A stretch of DNA of 64,000 nucleotides from an uncultured Phycisphaerales bacterium (GCA_963758525.1 CAVWVQ010000003.1:1856001-1920000); one strand, 5' to 3'; shown: positions 41,892 through 52,812, counted from the first letter of the stretch. The notes: a model not told the origin generated them from the letters alone. Program-made: numbers and translations.

Positions 41892-42196
41892 GGGTTTGGA
41901 CACGCCTCGCGAGCGAGGCGGCTAAAGGATGCGGAGTGCTGCGTACGCGGGGAAGATTCTCACTCATTTCCCTGTCGGTGCGAGCAACTCTCCTCCGCCA
42001 GGCTGCGTTGTGGCGCCGCCTTCCCGCTGCGCGGGCATCGGAACCACCTGCACCTTTCCCAGGCGCAACAGCTGGTCTTTCACCTCCGCGGCGGGCGCGA
42101 CGACGACAATCGTCATCGCGTCGGGATCGGCGTATTTGTTCATCACGTCGCGCATCTGCTCCGCGGTGAACCGCGGAGATCTTGCCGGGGCAGGCG

Positions 42197-42387
42197 GTAG
42201 GGTCCGCTAAAGAGCCGGGCGAAAATGTTTGTTCGAACGCAGACCCTGGCCGGCTCTTTTGCGGACCACTCGGGCACGCATGTGACGCTCAGAGTTAGTC
42301 TCTCGCGACCCCCGGGGACGGTCCGCACGGCGGCGTGGCGGTCTGCCTCTAACTCAGGGCAGCAGCGCGCCGCCGTGCGGACCCTAC
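42197..42387. repeat. GTAG-REP doublet, copy 3
   Basis: Same as 41205-41395. Confidence 0.8.
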
Positions 42388-42459
42388 GGGTTTGGACACG
42401 CCTCACGAGCGAGGCGGCTAAAGGATGCGGAGTGCTGCGCACGCGGGGACGATTCTCAC

Positions 42460-45348
42460 TCACTTCCCTGTCGGTGCAAGTAGCTCTCCTCCGCCAGGCT
42501 GCGTTGTGGCGCCGCCTTCCCGTTGCGCGGGCATGGGAACCACCTGCACCTTTCCCAGGCGCAACAGCTGGTCTTTCACCTCCGCGGCGGGCGCGACGAC
42601 GACAATCGTCATCGCGCCGGGATCGGCGTATTTGTTCATCACGTCGCGAATCTGCTGCGGGGTGACGGCGGAGATCTTGCCGGTGTAGAGGTCGAAATAG
42701 TCGATCGGGTAGCCGTTCAGCATGGCATCGACGCGCAGGCCGGCCTGCTGGGCAATGGTCTGCATGTTCATCACCATGCCGCCGATGACGCGGCGTTTGG
42801 CCTCGCTGAGTTCGTCGGGCGTCACGTCGGCGTTGCGCACGTCACCGAGCACCTTGAAGATCGCCTCAATCGTGTCAGCCGTGGTCTGCAGCTTCGTCTC
42901 TGTGCCGCAGACAAATGCGCCCGCGTGACGGCCCGGCTGGAAGACGCCGCTGACGCCGTAGACGTAGCCTTTTTCAGCCCGGACGTAGAGATTGAGGCGC
43001 GACTCGATCCCGCCGCTGAGGATGGCGCCGGCCAGGTTGCCGGCAAACTTTTGCGGAGTGTTGATGTCATAGGCGCGAATGCCGATGCGGATCAACGCTC
43101 CTTTCCCGCCGGGGCGGTCGACGAGGATGATCTGGCGGTCTTTGGAAGGTTGGGGAAGCGCGTACGTGATCGAGGGAAGCGGCTTGGCTGTCCATTGATC
43201 AGTCAACTGTTTGGCCAGCTCGCGGGCGCGATCGAGCGTGATGTTGCCGCTGATGACCAGAATCGCGTCCTGGGGGCGATAGAGATCGGCGTAGCATTGT
43301 TTCACATCGGCCAGCGTGATCGCGGAAATACTGCCGGGAGTGGCATGCTGCCCCAGCGGTGAGGTTCCGTAGAGGGCGTGGGCCATTTCCCACCCGCCGA
43401 CGGTGACGGGGCTCTCCTCCGCGACGGCCAGCGTGTTGAGCGCGCTCACCTTGAGCTTGTCGAATTCATCAGCGGGGAACGTCGGCGCCAGCAGCAGATC
43501 GCGCGAGCGGGCGAACGCGCGGTCGAGCTGATCGGAGATGCACGAGCCGCTGAGCCGCGTGAAGTCGCCGCCGTCGGCGATGCTCAGTGATATTCCATGT
43601 GATTCGAGTTCCTCGTTGAGCTGCGCGTAGGTGAACGCGCCGGCCCCGCGCTGAATCATGTCGGCAGTGAGGGAAGCGAGTCCCTCCTTGCCCAGCGGAT
43701 CACTGTGCGAGCCGCGGCGAATCGTGAGGCTCCAATCGACCAGCGGCAGCCGCGTGTCGGGCATCACAATGACGTGAACGCCATTGATCATGCTCTCCTG
43801 GCCCTTTTCGAAGCTCGCGACCGCGCGCGGCTCCGCCATCGGCGCGTGCCCGGGGTATCCTTCGGGAAAGTGAACGTCGCGTCCGGCGACGGGTTGCGTG
43901 GAGGGAACCACCTGCGCATTGGGAGGAATCGCCGCGATCGCTTTGCGCGTCGCGGCGCCGAGCGGGTCGGGCTTGATCACCAGCAGCGTCGACCCCTGCG
44001 GGCGAAGGTATTTCCCAGCGACCGCCTCCACGTCGGCAGCCGTCACCGCATCCAGCTTGATCAAGTCGGAATTCACTCGGCGGGGATCGCCGGTATACAG
44101 CGCCGCGTTGCCCAGTTCGCCGGCAATCTGCTCGGCCGTCATTCGGCCGTGCACCATGGCGACGCGTGCCAGTGTTTTCGCCTTAGCCAGCTCGTCGTCA
44201 GTCACTCCGTTGGCAACGAGGTCGGCGACGGACTTGGTCAGCGCCGCTGTCACGTCATCGGAATTCTTCCCGCTGAGCACGCGGCCCGCAACCCCGATGA
44301 TCCCGCCATCCTCCAGCGGCTCATAGAGTGTCGATGCATCGAGGCACAGCGGCTTGCCGCCGGTCACCAGCAGGCGGGAAAGCCGGCTCGAGGAGCCTTC
44401 CCCCAGAATGACCGACAGCACCGTCAGCGCATACTGGTCGTCCGACCGATACGGAGGGATGTGATACCCCAGCACGACTTCCGTCAGCGGCGCGAGGCGA
44501 TCGGGAATCGTCGCAGACCGCGGCACGGTTTGCAGCGGCTCGGCTTCCGCCAGGCGATGAATCTCCGCTCCGCGGGGAATCCAATCGTAGTACTTGTGCA
44601 CCAGTTTCTGCGCCGCGTCGACATCGATGTCCCCCGCGATCACCAGGACGGCGTTGTTCGGAACATAATACGTGTTGAAGAAGTCCTGCAGTTCGCTGAC
44701 CGGCGCCGCCAGCAGGTGCTGCATGTTGCCGATCGGCGTCCAGCGATAGCTGTGGGTGGTGAACGCGGTTTTCAGGAAATCGTCGAACAGATTTCCATAT
44801 GGCTTGTTTTGCTTGATGCGCCATTCTTCGGAAACCACCCGCCGCTCGGTTTTGTAAATCTCCTCCGACACCTTGAAGCTGCTCATGCGATCGGCTTCGA
44901 GATAGAGCGCCATCTCCAGATCCTCTGCCGGCACGGTGTTCACGTAAACAGTTTCATCGAAGCTCGTGAAAGCGTTGGAAATTCCTCCCACCCCGTCAAT
45001 GCGTTTCATGTGCTCCTGCGGCGCGACGTGGGCCGAGCCGCGAAACATCATGTGCTCGAACATGTGAGCAAACCCCTGGCGATCGGGCCGCTCGTCGCGC
45101 GAGCCGACGTGATAGAGAACCCGCACATGGACAACGGGGGCCTGATGGAGCGGCGAGTAGATGACACGAAGTCCGTTGGAGAGGGTTTCCTGCGTGAAGG
45201 GGATGGAGTTGTTCGCACCACGTAGCGATTCTCCTGCTGCATAGCTCCCTGTAGTAGAGAGAAGAAAGAAAAGCAGGCACAAAGGAAAGAGGCAAAGATG
45301 AAAGGTGCGGATTGGGCGACGCGGAAGCGCAATAAAATCTGTCGGCAT
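42460..45348 (-). CDS. M16 (pitrilysin/insulinase) zinc peptidase, secreted (start uncertain)
   Basis: GFAHMFEHMMFRGS (HxxEH), NAFTSFD, YYVPNNAVLVIAGD; second inactive half with VRAEKGYVYG. Confidence 0.92.
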   Translation of the reverse strand: MPTDFIALPRRPIRTFHLCLFPLCLLFFLLSTTGSYAAGESLRGANNSIPFTQETLSNGLRVIYSPLHQAPVVHVRVLYHVGSRDERPDRQGFAHMFEHMMFRGSAHVAPQEHMKRIDGVGGISNAFTSFDETVYVNTVPAEDLEMALYLEADRMSSFKVSEEIYKTERRVVSEEWRIKQNKPYGNLFDDFLKTAFTTHSYRWTPIGNMQHLLAAPVSELQDFFNTYYVPNNAVLVIAGDIDVDAAQKLVHKYYDWIPRGAEIHRLAEAEPLQTVPRSATIPDRLAPLTEVVLGYHIPPYRSDDQYALTVLSVILGEGSSSRLSRLLVTGGKPLCLDASTLYEPLEDGGIIGVAGRVLSGKNSDDVTAALTKSVADLVANGVTDDELAKAKTLARVAMVHGRMTAEQIAGELGNAALYTGDPRRVNSDLIKLDAVTAADVEAVAGKYLRPQGSTLLVIKPDPLGAATRKAIAAIPPNAQVVPSTQPVAGRDVHFPEGYPGHAPMAEPRAVASFEKGQESMINGVHVIVMPDTRLPLVDWSLTIRRGSHSDPLGKEGLASLTADMIQRGAGAFTYAQLNEELESHGISLSIADGGDFTRLSGSCISDQLDRAFARSRDLLLAPTFPADEFDKLKVSALNTLAVAEESPVTVGGWEMAHALYGTSPLGQHATPGSISAITLADVKQCYADLYRPQDAILVISGNITLDRARELAKQLTDQWTAKPLPSITYALPQPSKDRQIILVDRPGGKGALIRIGIRAYDINTPQKFAGNLAGAILSGGIESRLNLYVRAEKGYVYGVSGVFQPGRHAGAFVCGTETKLQTTADTIEAIFKVLGDVRNADVTPDELSEAKRRVIGGMVMNMQTIAQQAGLRVDAMLNGYPIDYFDLYTGKISAVTPQQIRDVMNKYADPGAMTIVVVAPAAEVKDQLLRLGKVQVVPMPAQREGGATTQPGGGELLAPTGK

Positions 45349-45468
45349 GCCCTGTCTATCCCAAAAGCGGTAAAGAGTTGCACGGCGTGTCAGCATTTTT
45401 GCGTATGATCTGTTCTGTTGCCGTGAACACGTGAAGACCATCGATTACCCGATGATTGGAAATCTTAC

Positions 45469-46092
45469 ATGAATCCTCCTTCCCCCGGCCGGCAGCGTTG
45501 GGCGATGACCCGCCTCTTCCTCGCACTCGTCGGCGTCGTGGTGATGTTCGTCGCAACCAAATGGGCGAGAGCCCTCTTCAGCAAGCCGACACTGGCGGAT
45601 CTGCGGTTTCCGGTGCTGGTGCTCCCGCCGGGAAACGCGGAGCCGTCTTTCGCAGCCGAGGCCGGCGAATTGACCACCGTCCCCGAAAAAAGCGGCACGT
45701 CACCAACCGAGGGAACGATCCTCATTGATTCTGACTTCAAACAATATGAAGAAACAGATGTGCATGCTTTGCCGCAGGGAGAGATCTCCGCAATCTTCCA
45801 CGCGCTCATCCCGATAGAGCGATCGTATCGCTACAAGTTCTCACTCAAACGGGTCAAAGCTGCTGGCTTGCCAGCGGCATTACGTCAGTTGCAAGCGTGC
45901 GTCTCCTATCCCGGCGAGCGCGCCGATCTCGAGAAGAAACGCACGCAAATTGCAGGCGCGAAAACCGTGGACGAAATCGTCACGCTCCTGCGCCTCGCAC
46001 CCGCGCCACCGGCCATGCCAGATGCCGCGCCAGCCGTGCCCGCCACCATGGCGCTGGAGGGTGAACAACCGCCGCCAGGTCCAAATGATTGA
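45469..46092 (+). CDS. Hypothetical protein with N-terminal TM anchor
   Basis: 207-aa ORF with a hydrophobic N-terminal segment; fills the gap between divergent and convergent genes. Confidence 0.55.
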   Translation: MNPPSPGRQRWAMTRLFLALVGVVVMFVATKWARALFSKPTLADLRFPVLVLPPGNAEPSFAAEAGELTTVPEKSGTSPTEGTILIDSDFKQYEETDVHALPQGEISAIFHALIPIERSYRYKFSLKRVKAAGLPAALRQLQACVSYPGERADLEKKRTQIAGAKTVDEIVTLLRLAPAPPAMPDAAPAVPATMALEGEQPPPGPND

Positions 46093-46110
46093 AGACCAGG
46101 CGCAAAGAAC

Positions 46111-46141
46111 AGACCCGGCTCCTTGCAGGAGCCGGGTCTTT
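46111..46141. terminator. Hairpin terminator between convergent genes
   Basis: AGACCCGGCTCC-TTGCA-GGAGCCGGGTCT followed by TT. Confidence 0.7.
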
Positions 46142-46176
46142 CAGCAAATCGCCGCAGCGGGTTCTGTGGGGGTCTT

Positions 46177-46494
46177 TTACTTGACCATATCCTTGAGGCT
46201 CTTGAGCGCCCGGACTTTCACGCCGCGCGAGGCGGGCTTCGCCTTGAACATTCTCTCGACCTTGGTGAACGGATCGATGCCCTTGCGTGCCGGCTTGGCG
46301 GGCTTGTGAACGACGGTGATCTTGAACAGGCCCGGCAGGGCGAAGATCCCGGGGCCCTTTTTGCCCAGCGCGGTCTTGATCTGCCCGGCGAGGGATTCGA
46401 GGACCGATGCGACTTGCTTGCGACTGAGGCCAGTGGTCTCGGCGACGCCAGCGAGAATCTCGCTTTTGGTCGCCGACTTTGCGGTTGCTGCCAT
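46177..46494 (-). CDS. HU-family DNA-binding protein
   Basis: TKSEILAGVAETTGLSRKQV, LPGLFKI, ARKGIDPFT, FKAKPAS; AAGGAG SD. Confidence 0.92.
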   Translation of the reverse strand: MAATAKSATKSEILAGVAETTGLSRKQVASVLESLAGQIKTALGKKGPGIFALPGLFKITVVHKPAKPARKGIDPFTKVERMFKAKPASRGVKVRALKSLKDMVK

Positions 46495-46639
46495 GTGAAT
46501 GGCTCCTTCCTGAAAAAGTGATTGGGTTCGAATCTGCGGCAGGGGGACGTTTTCAGGGAAATTGCGGGGAAATTCAAGTGGACAACTCGGAAAAGCACTG
46601 GAAATCCAGTATTTTTCGCTCTCCCGGCGTCTCTTGGGC

Positions 46640-49329
46640 TTACTTGTTGAGCCGTTGCTGCCATTCCCTGATCATGTCCAGGGCTTGCTGCGGCGTGGTG
46701 TGATCGAGGTTGGCGGTCTTCAACGACTGGGCAATTTCCTTCGTCGGATCTGCGAAGAGCTGCAGCTGGCTGTCGTCTTCACTCCGCCGATGACGCGCAG
46801 CGCGGTTGGAGCCCACGTGATGAACCGCCAGTTCTGAAAGGAGTTGGCGGGCGCGATCGAGCACGCTGCGCGGCACGCCTGCGAGGCGCGCGACGTGGAT
46901 GCCGTAGGAGCGATCGGTTCCCCCCTCGACAATCCGGTGCAGGAAGACCACCTGATCCTCCCACTCGCGGACGGCCACATTCAGGTTGCGCACGCCGCGG
47001 AAACGCTGGGCCAGATCGGTCAGCTCATGATAGTGGGTGGCGAACAGCGTGCGGCAACGGAGGTTGGAGGCGATGTGCTCGGCAATCGCCCACGCAAGAC
47101 TCAAGCCGTCCAGCGTGCTCGTCCCGCGCCCGATTTCATCGAGAATCACCAGGCTCCGATCGGTCGCGTTGTTGAGAATGTTCGCCGTCTCGGTCATCTC
47201 AACCATGAACGTCGACTGGCCGCTGTGAATCTCATCGCTGGCGCCGATGCGGGTGAAAAGCCGATCGACCAGCCCGATGGTCGCGCTGGCGGCGGGTACG
47301 TAGCTTCCCACCTGTGCCAGGAGCGTGATCAATGCAACCTGGCGGATATAGGTGCTTTTGCCGGCCATGTTAGGGCCGGTGATCAGACAGAGCGCATCTT
47401 CGGCCCCGAAGCGCGTGTCGTTGGCGACGAACTCGCTGCCGAGCTGTTTGTCGAGAACGGGATGGCGGCCGTCGACGATCTCCAGAACGCGATCTTCGCT
47501 TAGCAGCGGGCGGCAGTAGCGCCGCTCGGCGGCAAGCACCGCGAAGCCGGCCAATACATCCACGCGAGCGAGGCTGTGAGCAAGCTCCTGAAACGTTGGA
47601 AGGTGCGGCAGCAGCGTCTGGCGGATCTGCTCAAAGAGGCTTTGCTCGAGCGCAATCGACTTGTCCTGCGCCCCCAGAGCCTCCTCCTCGAATTTCTTCA
47701 GCTCCTCGGTGATGTATCGCTCGGCGTTCTTGACCGTCTGCTTCCGCGTCCAGGCGATCGGCACTTTGGCGCGATGGGAGTCGGTGACCTCGATGTAATA
47801 GCCAAAGACCTTGTTGAACCCGATGCGAAGGGAAGCGATCCCGGATTCCTGCGCCAGTTGCGCCTGGTAGCGGGCAAGCCATTGCTGGCTGTTGGTGCTG
47901 ATTTCGCGAAGACGGTCCAACTCGGCATCGAAACCATGCGCAATCACGCCTCCTTCGCGCAATGCGGCGCCGGATCGGGCTTGACCGCGCCGGCGAGGTA
48001 GGCGGACTGTGTCTGGCAGAACGACCGAAGCGAGGCAAACTCCGGGCAGACTTCGCTGGCGCGGGCGAGCGATTCGAGCTGATCGATCAACGCCGGCATT
48101 GCCGCAAGGCACTTGCTCAGGGCGGCCATGTCGCGCGGCGCGGCTCGCCCGAGCGATATTCTCCCGACGATGCGTTCGACGTCGCAGACGTCCTTCAGGC
48201 TGGCTCCCAACGCCCGCAGCACGCCGGGCGAATCCAAAAACGACGCGACAGCGCTTTGCCGCGCCGCGATATGCTCGATGTCGCGCAACGGCGTGCGCAG
48301 CCACTGCCGCAACAGGCGCGATCCCATCGGGGTGCGCGTGCGCTCGATCGCCTTGAGGAGAGATCCTTCTTCGGTTCCAGCGCGCATCGTGCGATCGACT
48401 TCCAGACTGCGCCAACTGGCTGGATCGATGCTCAGATGCGCCTCCAGCACATGGCGGCGCAGCGGACGGATGTGCGCGGAGGCGGATTTCTGGGTCTCCC
48501 GCAGATAACTGAGGACCGCCGCCGTCGCGAAAACGGCGGGGTCGTCGTCGGCAAATCCAAACCCGGCGGCGGAGCGCGCCTGCCACTGGTGCTGCAACTG
48601 CTCGCGAGAGTGGTGCTGCGTGAACTGCCAGCCCGGGCGAACGGTGACGGCACGAATTCCCCGAGCCTGCAGCTTCGCGGCAAGATCGTGTGGTTGGCCG
48701 GAGGGGAGCTCCTGAACGAGCACCTCGGCCGGCGCCAGCCGAACCAGCTCGTCGAGAATGTCATCCTCCACGCCGCTGGCCGCCACGCAAGCGCCGGTCG
48801 AAAGTTCCACCCAGCACAACCCGGTGCGATAGCCGTCGGCCTTGGTGATGCCCACGCCCAATGCCGCGAGAAAATTGTCGGCCGTGCCGTCAAGAAGCGG
48901 ATCGTCGGTGAGGGTTCCCGGCGTCATCAGCCGTACCACTTCGCGCTGGATCACTCCCTTGGCCTGCGAAGCGTCTTCCGTCTGCTCGCAGATGGCGACA
49001 CGATGCCCGGCAGCAATCATCTTCCGCAAGTACCCCTCAACCGCGTGAAACGGCACCCCTGCCATTGGAATGGCGTCCTCGGCGCCGAGCCCCCCACGGC
49101 TGCGGCTGGTCAGCGTGACGCCGAGCGTTTTTGCGGCAAGCTGGGCGTCTTCCCAAAACATCTCGTAGAAATCCCCCATCCTGAAGAAGAGCACGTAGCC
49201 GGGATATTGGGCCTTGAACTGCTGATACTGGCGCATCGCCGGAGAAAGCGCGGGTTTGTCCGCCGGCGCAGGCGCGGAGGGCGCAGCAGCGGGTTGGGAG
49301 TCGGAGGTGGAAGACGCGGCGACGGTCAT
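46640..49329 (-). CDS. mutS: DNA mismatch repair protein MutS; frameshift ~47961
   Basis: FRMGDFYEMF, PMAGVP, TPGT, RHPV, ITGPNMAGKSTY, SGQSTFMVEM, DEIGRGTST, FATHYHEL, SYGIHVA. Confidence 0.96.
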
Positions 49330-49434
49330 CGGAGGAACGGGGCAGGTTATGAGACGGAGTGGGACAGAGCAAGAAAATCGCCATGAGGCGTCACGTCGTC
49401 CACGTTCCGGCGGATCGTCGGGATCAATCCCGGC

Positions 49435-50058
49435 CTACCGGGAATCCGGCGAGCCGGTGATCGTCGTACCTTCCCTGCGGCTGAAGTCGATGCGGTCGAA
49501 CACTTCAGCCAGCGGCAAACGAACATTGATGTCCGCAAGCGTCAGCACCTGGTCGAGGCCTTCAAGTTCGCGAAGGCCCCACATTCCGTCGGCCTGGCGG
49601 AAATACGCCTCAACGCGGGGAAGGTCCTGCGAAACCAGCACGAGCGTCTTGAGCGATTCGATGCGTCGATAGTCCGACGCCTTCAAACCACGGTCGTAGC
49701 TCTCAGTGGTCGGGGAGAGAACCTCGAAGAGCACTGTCGGGTTCGTCAAAGTTTGACCGGATGGATCTTCGGGGTCGAGCTCGCGCAGCGCGCAATAGAC
49801 AGAGGCATCCGGGTAGGTACGCAGACCCGATGCCTTTACCAGCAATCGCATGTTGGGATCGTAGACCGCGCAGGGCCTGCCCTTCAGTGCGGTGCCCAAT
49901 TCGCGTATAAGATTGGCGCAGATCAGGCTGTGGGCTTCGCTGCCGCCAGCCGTCGCGAAAATCTCGCCCTTGTAGAAATCGCTTTTGTACGTTGCCCCCT
50001 GTTCAAGGCGGTAATACTCGGCGGGAGTAAATTGCCGGCTCGTTTTGACCATTCCCAT
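49435..50058 (-). CDS. Uma2-family endonuclease
   Basis: YPDASVYC, NPTVLFEVLSPTTESYDRG, LVLVSQD. Confidence 0.9.
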   Translation of the reverse strand: MGMVKTSRQFTPAEYYRLEQGATYKSDFYKGEIFATAGGSEAHSLICANLIRELGTALKGRPCAVYDPNMRLLVKASGLRTYPDASVYCALRELDPEDPSGQTLTNPTVLFEVLSPTTESYDRGLKASDYRRIESLKTLVLVSQDLPRVEAYFRQADGMWGLRELEGLDQVLTLADINVRLPLAEVFDRIDFSRREGTTITGSPDSR

Positions 50059-50131
50059 GGGGGCATCTTACCGGATATTTGAAAGCTGCGTAGTGTCGCG
50101 ATGCGTTCGGCAGGCGTAAGATCGCTTCTGA

Positions 50132-50991
50132 ATGACTCAGGTTGGCACAATCACAAGTTCCGCATCCACCGAGCATGACGCCGTCCACCACGCAGCCTCG
50201 CCTGGTCTGCTGCTGCCGGCATTGTCCCTCTGCCAGCGCGAGCTCGTGCGCTTTCTGCGGCAACGCAACCGGATTATTGGGGCGCTGGCCACGCCAATCG
50301 TGTTCTGGCTGCTCATCGGCGGCGGCATGGGCCGGAGTTTCTCGTCGTCGAATGTGCCGGGTGGTGGCAGCTATCTCCAGTATTTTTTCCCAGGCACCGT
50401 CCTGATGATACTTCTGTTCACGGCGATCTTTTCGACCATCTCGATCATCGAAGATCGTCGGGAGGGATTTTTGCAGTCGGTGCTGGTGGCGCCGGTGTCC
50501 CGCCAGGCCATCGTGCTCGGGAAAGTATTAGGGGGAACGATTCTTGCGTTCGGTCAGGGATTGATCTTTCTGCTGCTGGCGCCGCTGGTCGGCCTGCGAC
50601 TGAGCGTCGGCGGGTTTCTGGCGGCCAGCGCGATGATGTTTCTGATCGCGTTCGCGCTGACTGGATTGGGATTTGTCATCGCCTGGCGAATGAGTTCGAC
50701 ACAGGGATTTCATGCGATCATGAATCTGTTTTTGATGCCGCTCTGGTTTCTGTCCGGGCGCTCTTTCCGCCACAGAACGCCTGGGGCGGTTTGCGCTGGC
50801 TGATGCGTGTGAATCCGCTGAGTTATGGACTGGCGGGAATCTGGCGCGCGATTTACTTTGCCGAGCCCGACAAAGTGAGCCTGCTGCCGGGTTGGCCGGC
50901 GATCCTGGCGATGAGCATCGGGTTCGCCGCGGCTATGTTCCTCCTGGCGACGGTGATGGCCGGGGGTCGCGTGTCGGCTGACTGGCAATAA
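50132..50991 (+). CDS. ABC-2 type transporter permease; frameshift ~50758
   Basis: YFFPG, IIEDRREGFLQSVLVAPVSR, PLWFLSG(A)LFP, NPLSYG. Confidence 0.9.
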
Positions 50992-50994
50992 GGC

Positions 50995-51603
50995 ATGGGT
51001 ACCAAGCACAAGAAGATCACGACGCTGCTCTGGGCCGGTCTGGTGCTGGTGATGGTGGGCGTTGTTGTCGGCAAACTGTGCAAGCCGAGAGGTTCGGCCC
51101 TGCCCAGACTTTTCCCGGCTGCGTCCTTTGTCCTGACCGACGAAAAGGGGCAGCGGTTTTCCAACGTTGATCTGGCGGGTCATCCTTATATCGCAGCGTT
51201 CATCTTCACGCGCTGCGCATCATCATGCCCGGTGGTGAGCGCGCGGATGGCGCAGGTGCAGAAGCAAACCCCGGCCAGCGTGCAGATGGTCTCCTTTACC
51301 GTCGATCCCGCTTTTGACACGCCGGCCGTTCTCGACCGCTATGCAAAATCGTATCAGGCCGACCCATCCCGCTGGCACTTTTTGACGGGCGATAGCGCCG
51401 CGATGGCAGACGTCGAAGCCGCGATGAAAATGACCGCGCCGGCCCCTTCCAAGGGCGATCAGCCGATCGTTCACAGCGACCATCTGCTGCTGATCGATGG
51501 TCGGGGCGATGTGCGGGGAGTGTACGACAGCGAAGATTTGCAGAGCGTCAAACAGCTTGCCACTGACGCGACCGCCCTGGCGGGCTGGAGCATCCTGCCG
51601 TGA
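50995..51603 (+). CDS. SCO-family copper chaperone
   Basis: FIFTRCASSCP (CxxxCP), TVDPAFDTP, WHFLTG, IVHSDHLLLID. Confidence 0.9.
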   Translation: MGTKHKKITTLLWAGLVLVMVGVVVGKLCKPRGSALPRLFPAASFVLTDEKGQRFSNVDLAGHPYIAAFIFTRCASSCPVVSARMAQVQKQTPASVQMVSFTVDPAFDTPAVLDRYAKSYQADPSRWHFLTGDSAAMADVEAAMKMTAPAPSKGDQPIVHSDHLLLIDGRGDVRGVYDSEDLQSVKQLATDATALAGWSILP

Positions 51604-52043
51604 CGCTTGAGACGTTTCCCGTAGTCAATGCGACGCTCAACGGCGCCAGCGCCGCCATGCTGCTGGCGGGGTTTCTGTTCATCAAAAGGGGACGGGTCAC
51701 GGCCCATGTCACCATGATGCTTTCGGCCCTGGCCACATCGACGGTCTTTCTTGCCTGCTACATCATCTATCACACGATTCGCGTCAGGCACGGCATCACC
51801 GTCACGCGCTTCCCCCCGGGACGCATTCATCCGATTTACATCGCGATCCTCTTCTCCCATACGGTTCTGGCGATCGCGATTCTGCCGTTGATCGGCGTCA
51901 CGCTCTATCGTGCGGTTTCCAGGCAATGGGACCAACACCGGCGGATCGCGATCATCACGTTTCCGCTATGGTTTTACGTGTCGGTGACCGGGGTGGTGGT
52001 GTATTGGATGCTGTATCAGCTGGCGCCGCGGCTGTCGCGGTGA
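51600..52043 (+). CDS. DUF420 (CtaM-like) membrane protein
   Basis: PVVNATLNG, FLACYIIYH, ILFSHTVLA, HRRIA, WFYVSVTGVVVY. Confidence 0.88.
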   Translation: MTLETFPVVNATLNGASAAMLLAGFLFIKRGRVTAHVTMMLSALATSTVFLACYIIYHTIRVRHGITVTRFPPGRIHPIYIAILFSHTVLAIAILPLIGVTLYRAVSRQWDQHRRIAIITFPLWFYVSVTGVVVYWMLYQLAPRLSR

Positions 52044-52077
52044 GGAGTATCACCGCGGCAGACTGATGTTGCGACAT

Positions 52078-52115
52078 GCACCCGAATTGGGTACGATCGT
52101 ACTCACAATGGTTGC
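52078..52115 (+). promoter_or_regulatory. Paired 17-bp imperfect palindromes, probable autoregulatory operators of the MNT-HEPN operon
   Basis: GCACCC-GAATT-GGGTAC (52078-94) and GTACTC-ACAAT-GGTTGC (52099-115), 21 bp apart; the second overlaps the start codon. Confidence 0.55.
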
Positions 52116-52812
52116 ACCCGCCGATCCCGGCGCGATCCTGTTTGGAAGCACTCGTCAGGCAATCCTGGCGCTCACATTCCTCCGCCCGGACGAGTCGTTT
52201 TATCTGCGCGAGATCGTTCGGCGCACGGGGTGTGGAACGGGAGCGGTGCAGCGCGAGTTGAAACTGCTGACCGATTGCGGGATTCTTTGTCGCGATCGTC
52301 AACGGTTCTTCCGAGCGAACCCTGACTCGCCGATTTTCAAGCCGCTCCAGCAGATTGTCATCCGCACCGCGGGACTGGGCGAACGGCTTCGGAATGCCCT
52401 CAACCCCGTGGCCGGCCACATCGCGGCGGCATTTATCTTCGGTTCGTTTTCCCGTGGCGAACACCACGAACGGAGCGACGTCGATGTGCTGGTGATCACG
52501 AAAGACGACCAGGTGACCCCGGAGCAGATCAATGTGTCGCTGAGCCACGAGCAGGAGCGCCTGGGCCGCGAGATCAATTCGTTTGTACTGACGGCTCAGG
52601 AGTGGGAAAAAAAAGTGAAAGCCGGCAGTCCATTCGTCGATCGATTGCTGGATGGCGAGAAGATCTATCTGATCGGAGACGACAATGAGCTTAAACGACT
52701 GGCTGCAAAACGGGTGGCTCAAACCGCACAAGCCGACGGGGCGGGAAGTCGTCGATCTGCTCGCGCTCGCCGACCGCGATCTGAAAGACTCGAAGGTCAG
52801 CGGACTCGGTAA
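52108..52812 (+). CDS. wHTH-fused minimal nucleotidyltransferase (MNT antitoxin)
   Basis: YLREIVRRTGCGTGAVQRELKLL (HTH); AFIFGSFSRGE...SDVDVLVI (GS...DxD). Confidence 0.88.
   Translation: MVAPADPGAILFGSTRQAILALTFLRPDESFYLREIVRRTGCGTGAVQRELKLLTDCGILCRDRQRFFRANPDSPIFKPLQQIVIRTAGLGERLRNALNPVAGHIAAAFIFGSFSRGEHHERSDVDVLVITKDDQVTPEQINVSLSHEQERLGREINSFVLTAQEWEKKVKAGSPFVDRLLDGEKIYLIGDDNELKRLAAKRVAQTAQADGAGSRRSARARRPRSERLEGQRTR

Larger units (their letters stand above)
40975..42690. repeat. Tandem array (period 493-496 bp): four copies of the M16 peptidase 3' ~225 bp alternating with three REP-containing spacers
   Basis: Peptide VMNKYADP...ELLAPTGK* recurs with stops at 40975, 41468, 41964 and 42460; spacers are near-identical. 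Confidence 0.95.

Noticed and set aside
40975..42690. CRISPR array or DGR template/variable repeats
   Set aside because: Units are ~496 bp with near-identical spacers. There are no cas or reverse-transcriptase genes in the window, and the differences are not adenine-specific.
49435..50058. Uma2 nuclease as part of a MutS-linked system
   Set aside because: Uma2 genes are typically numerous and scattered, and there is no coupling evidence beyond adjacency.
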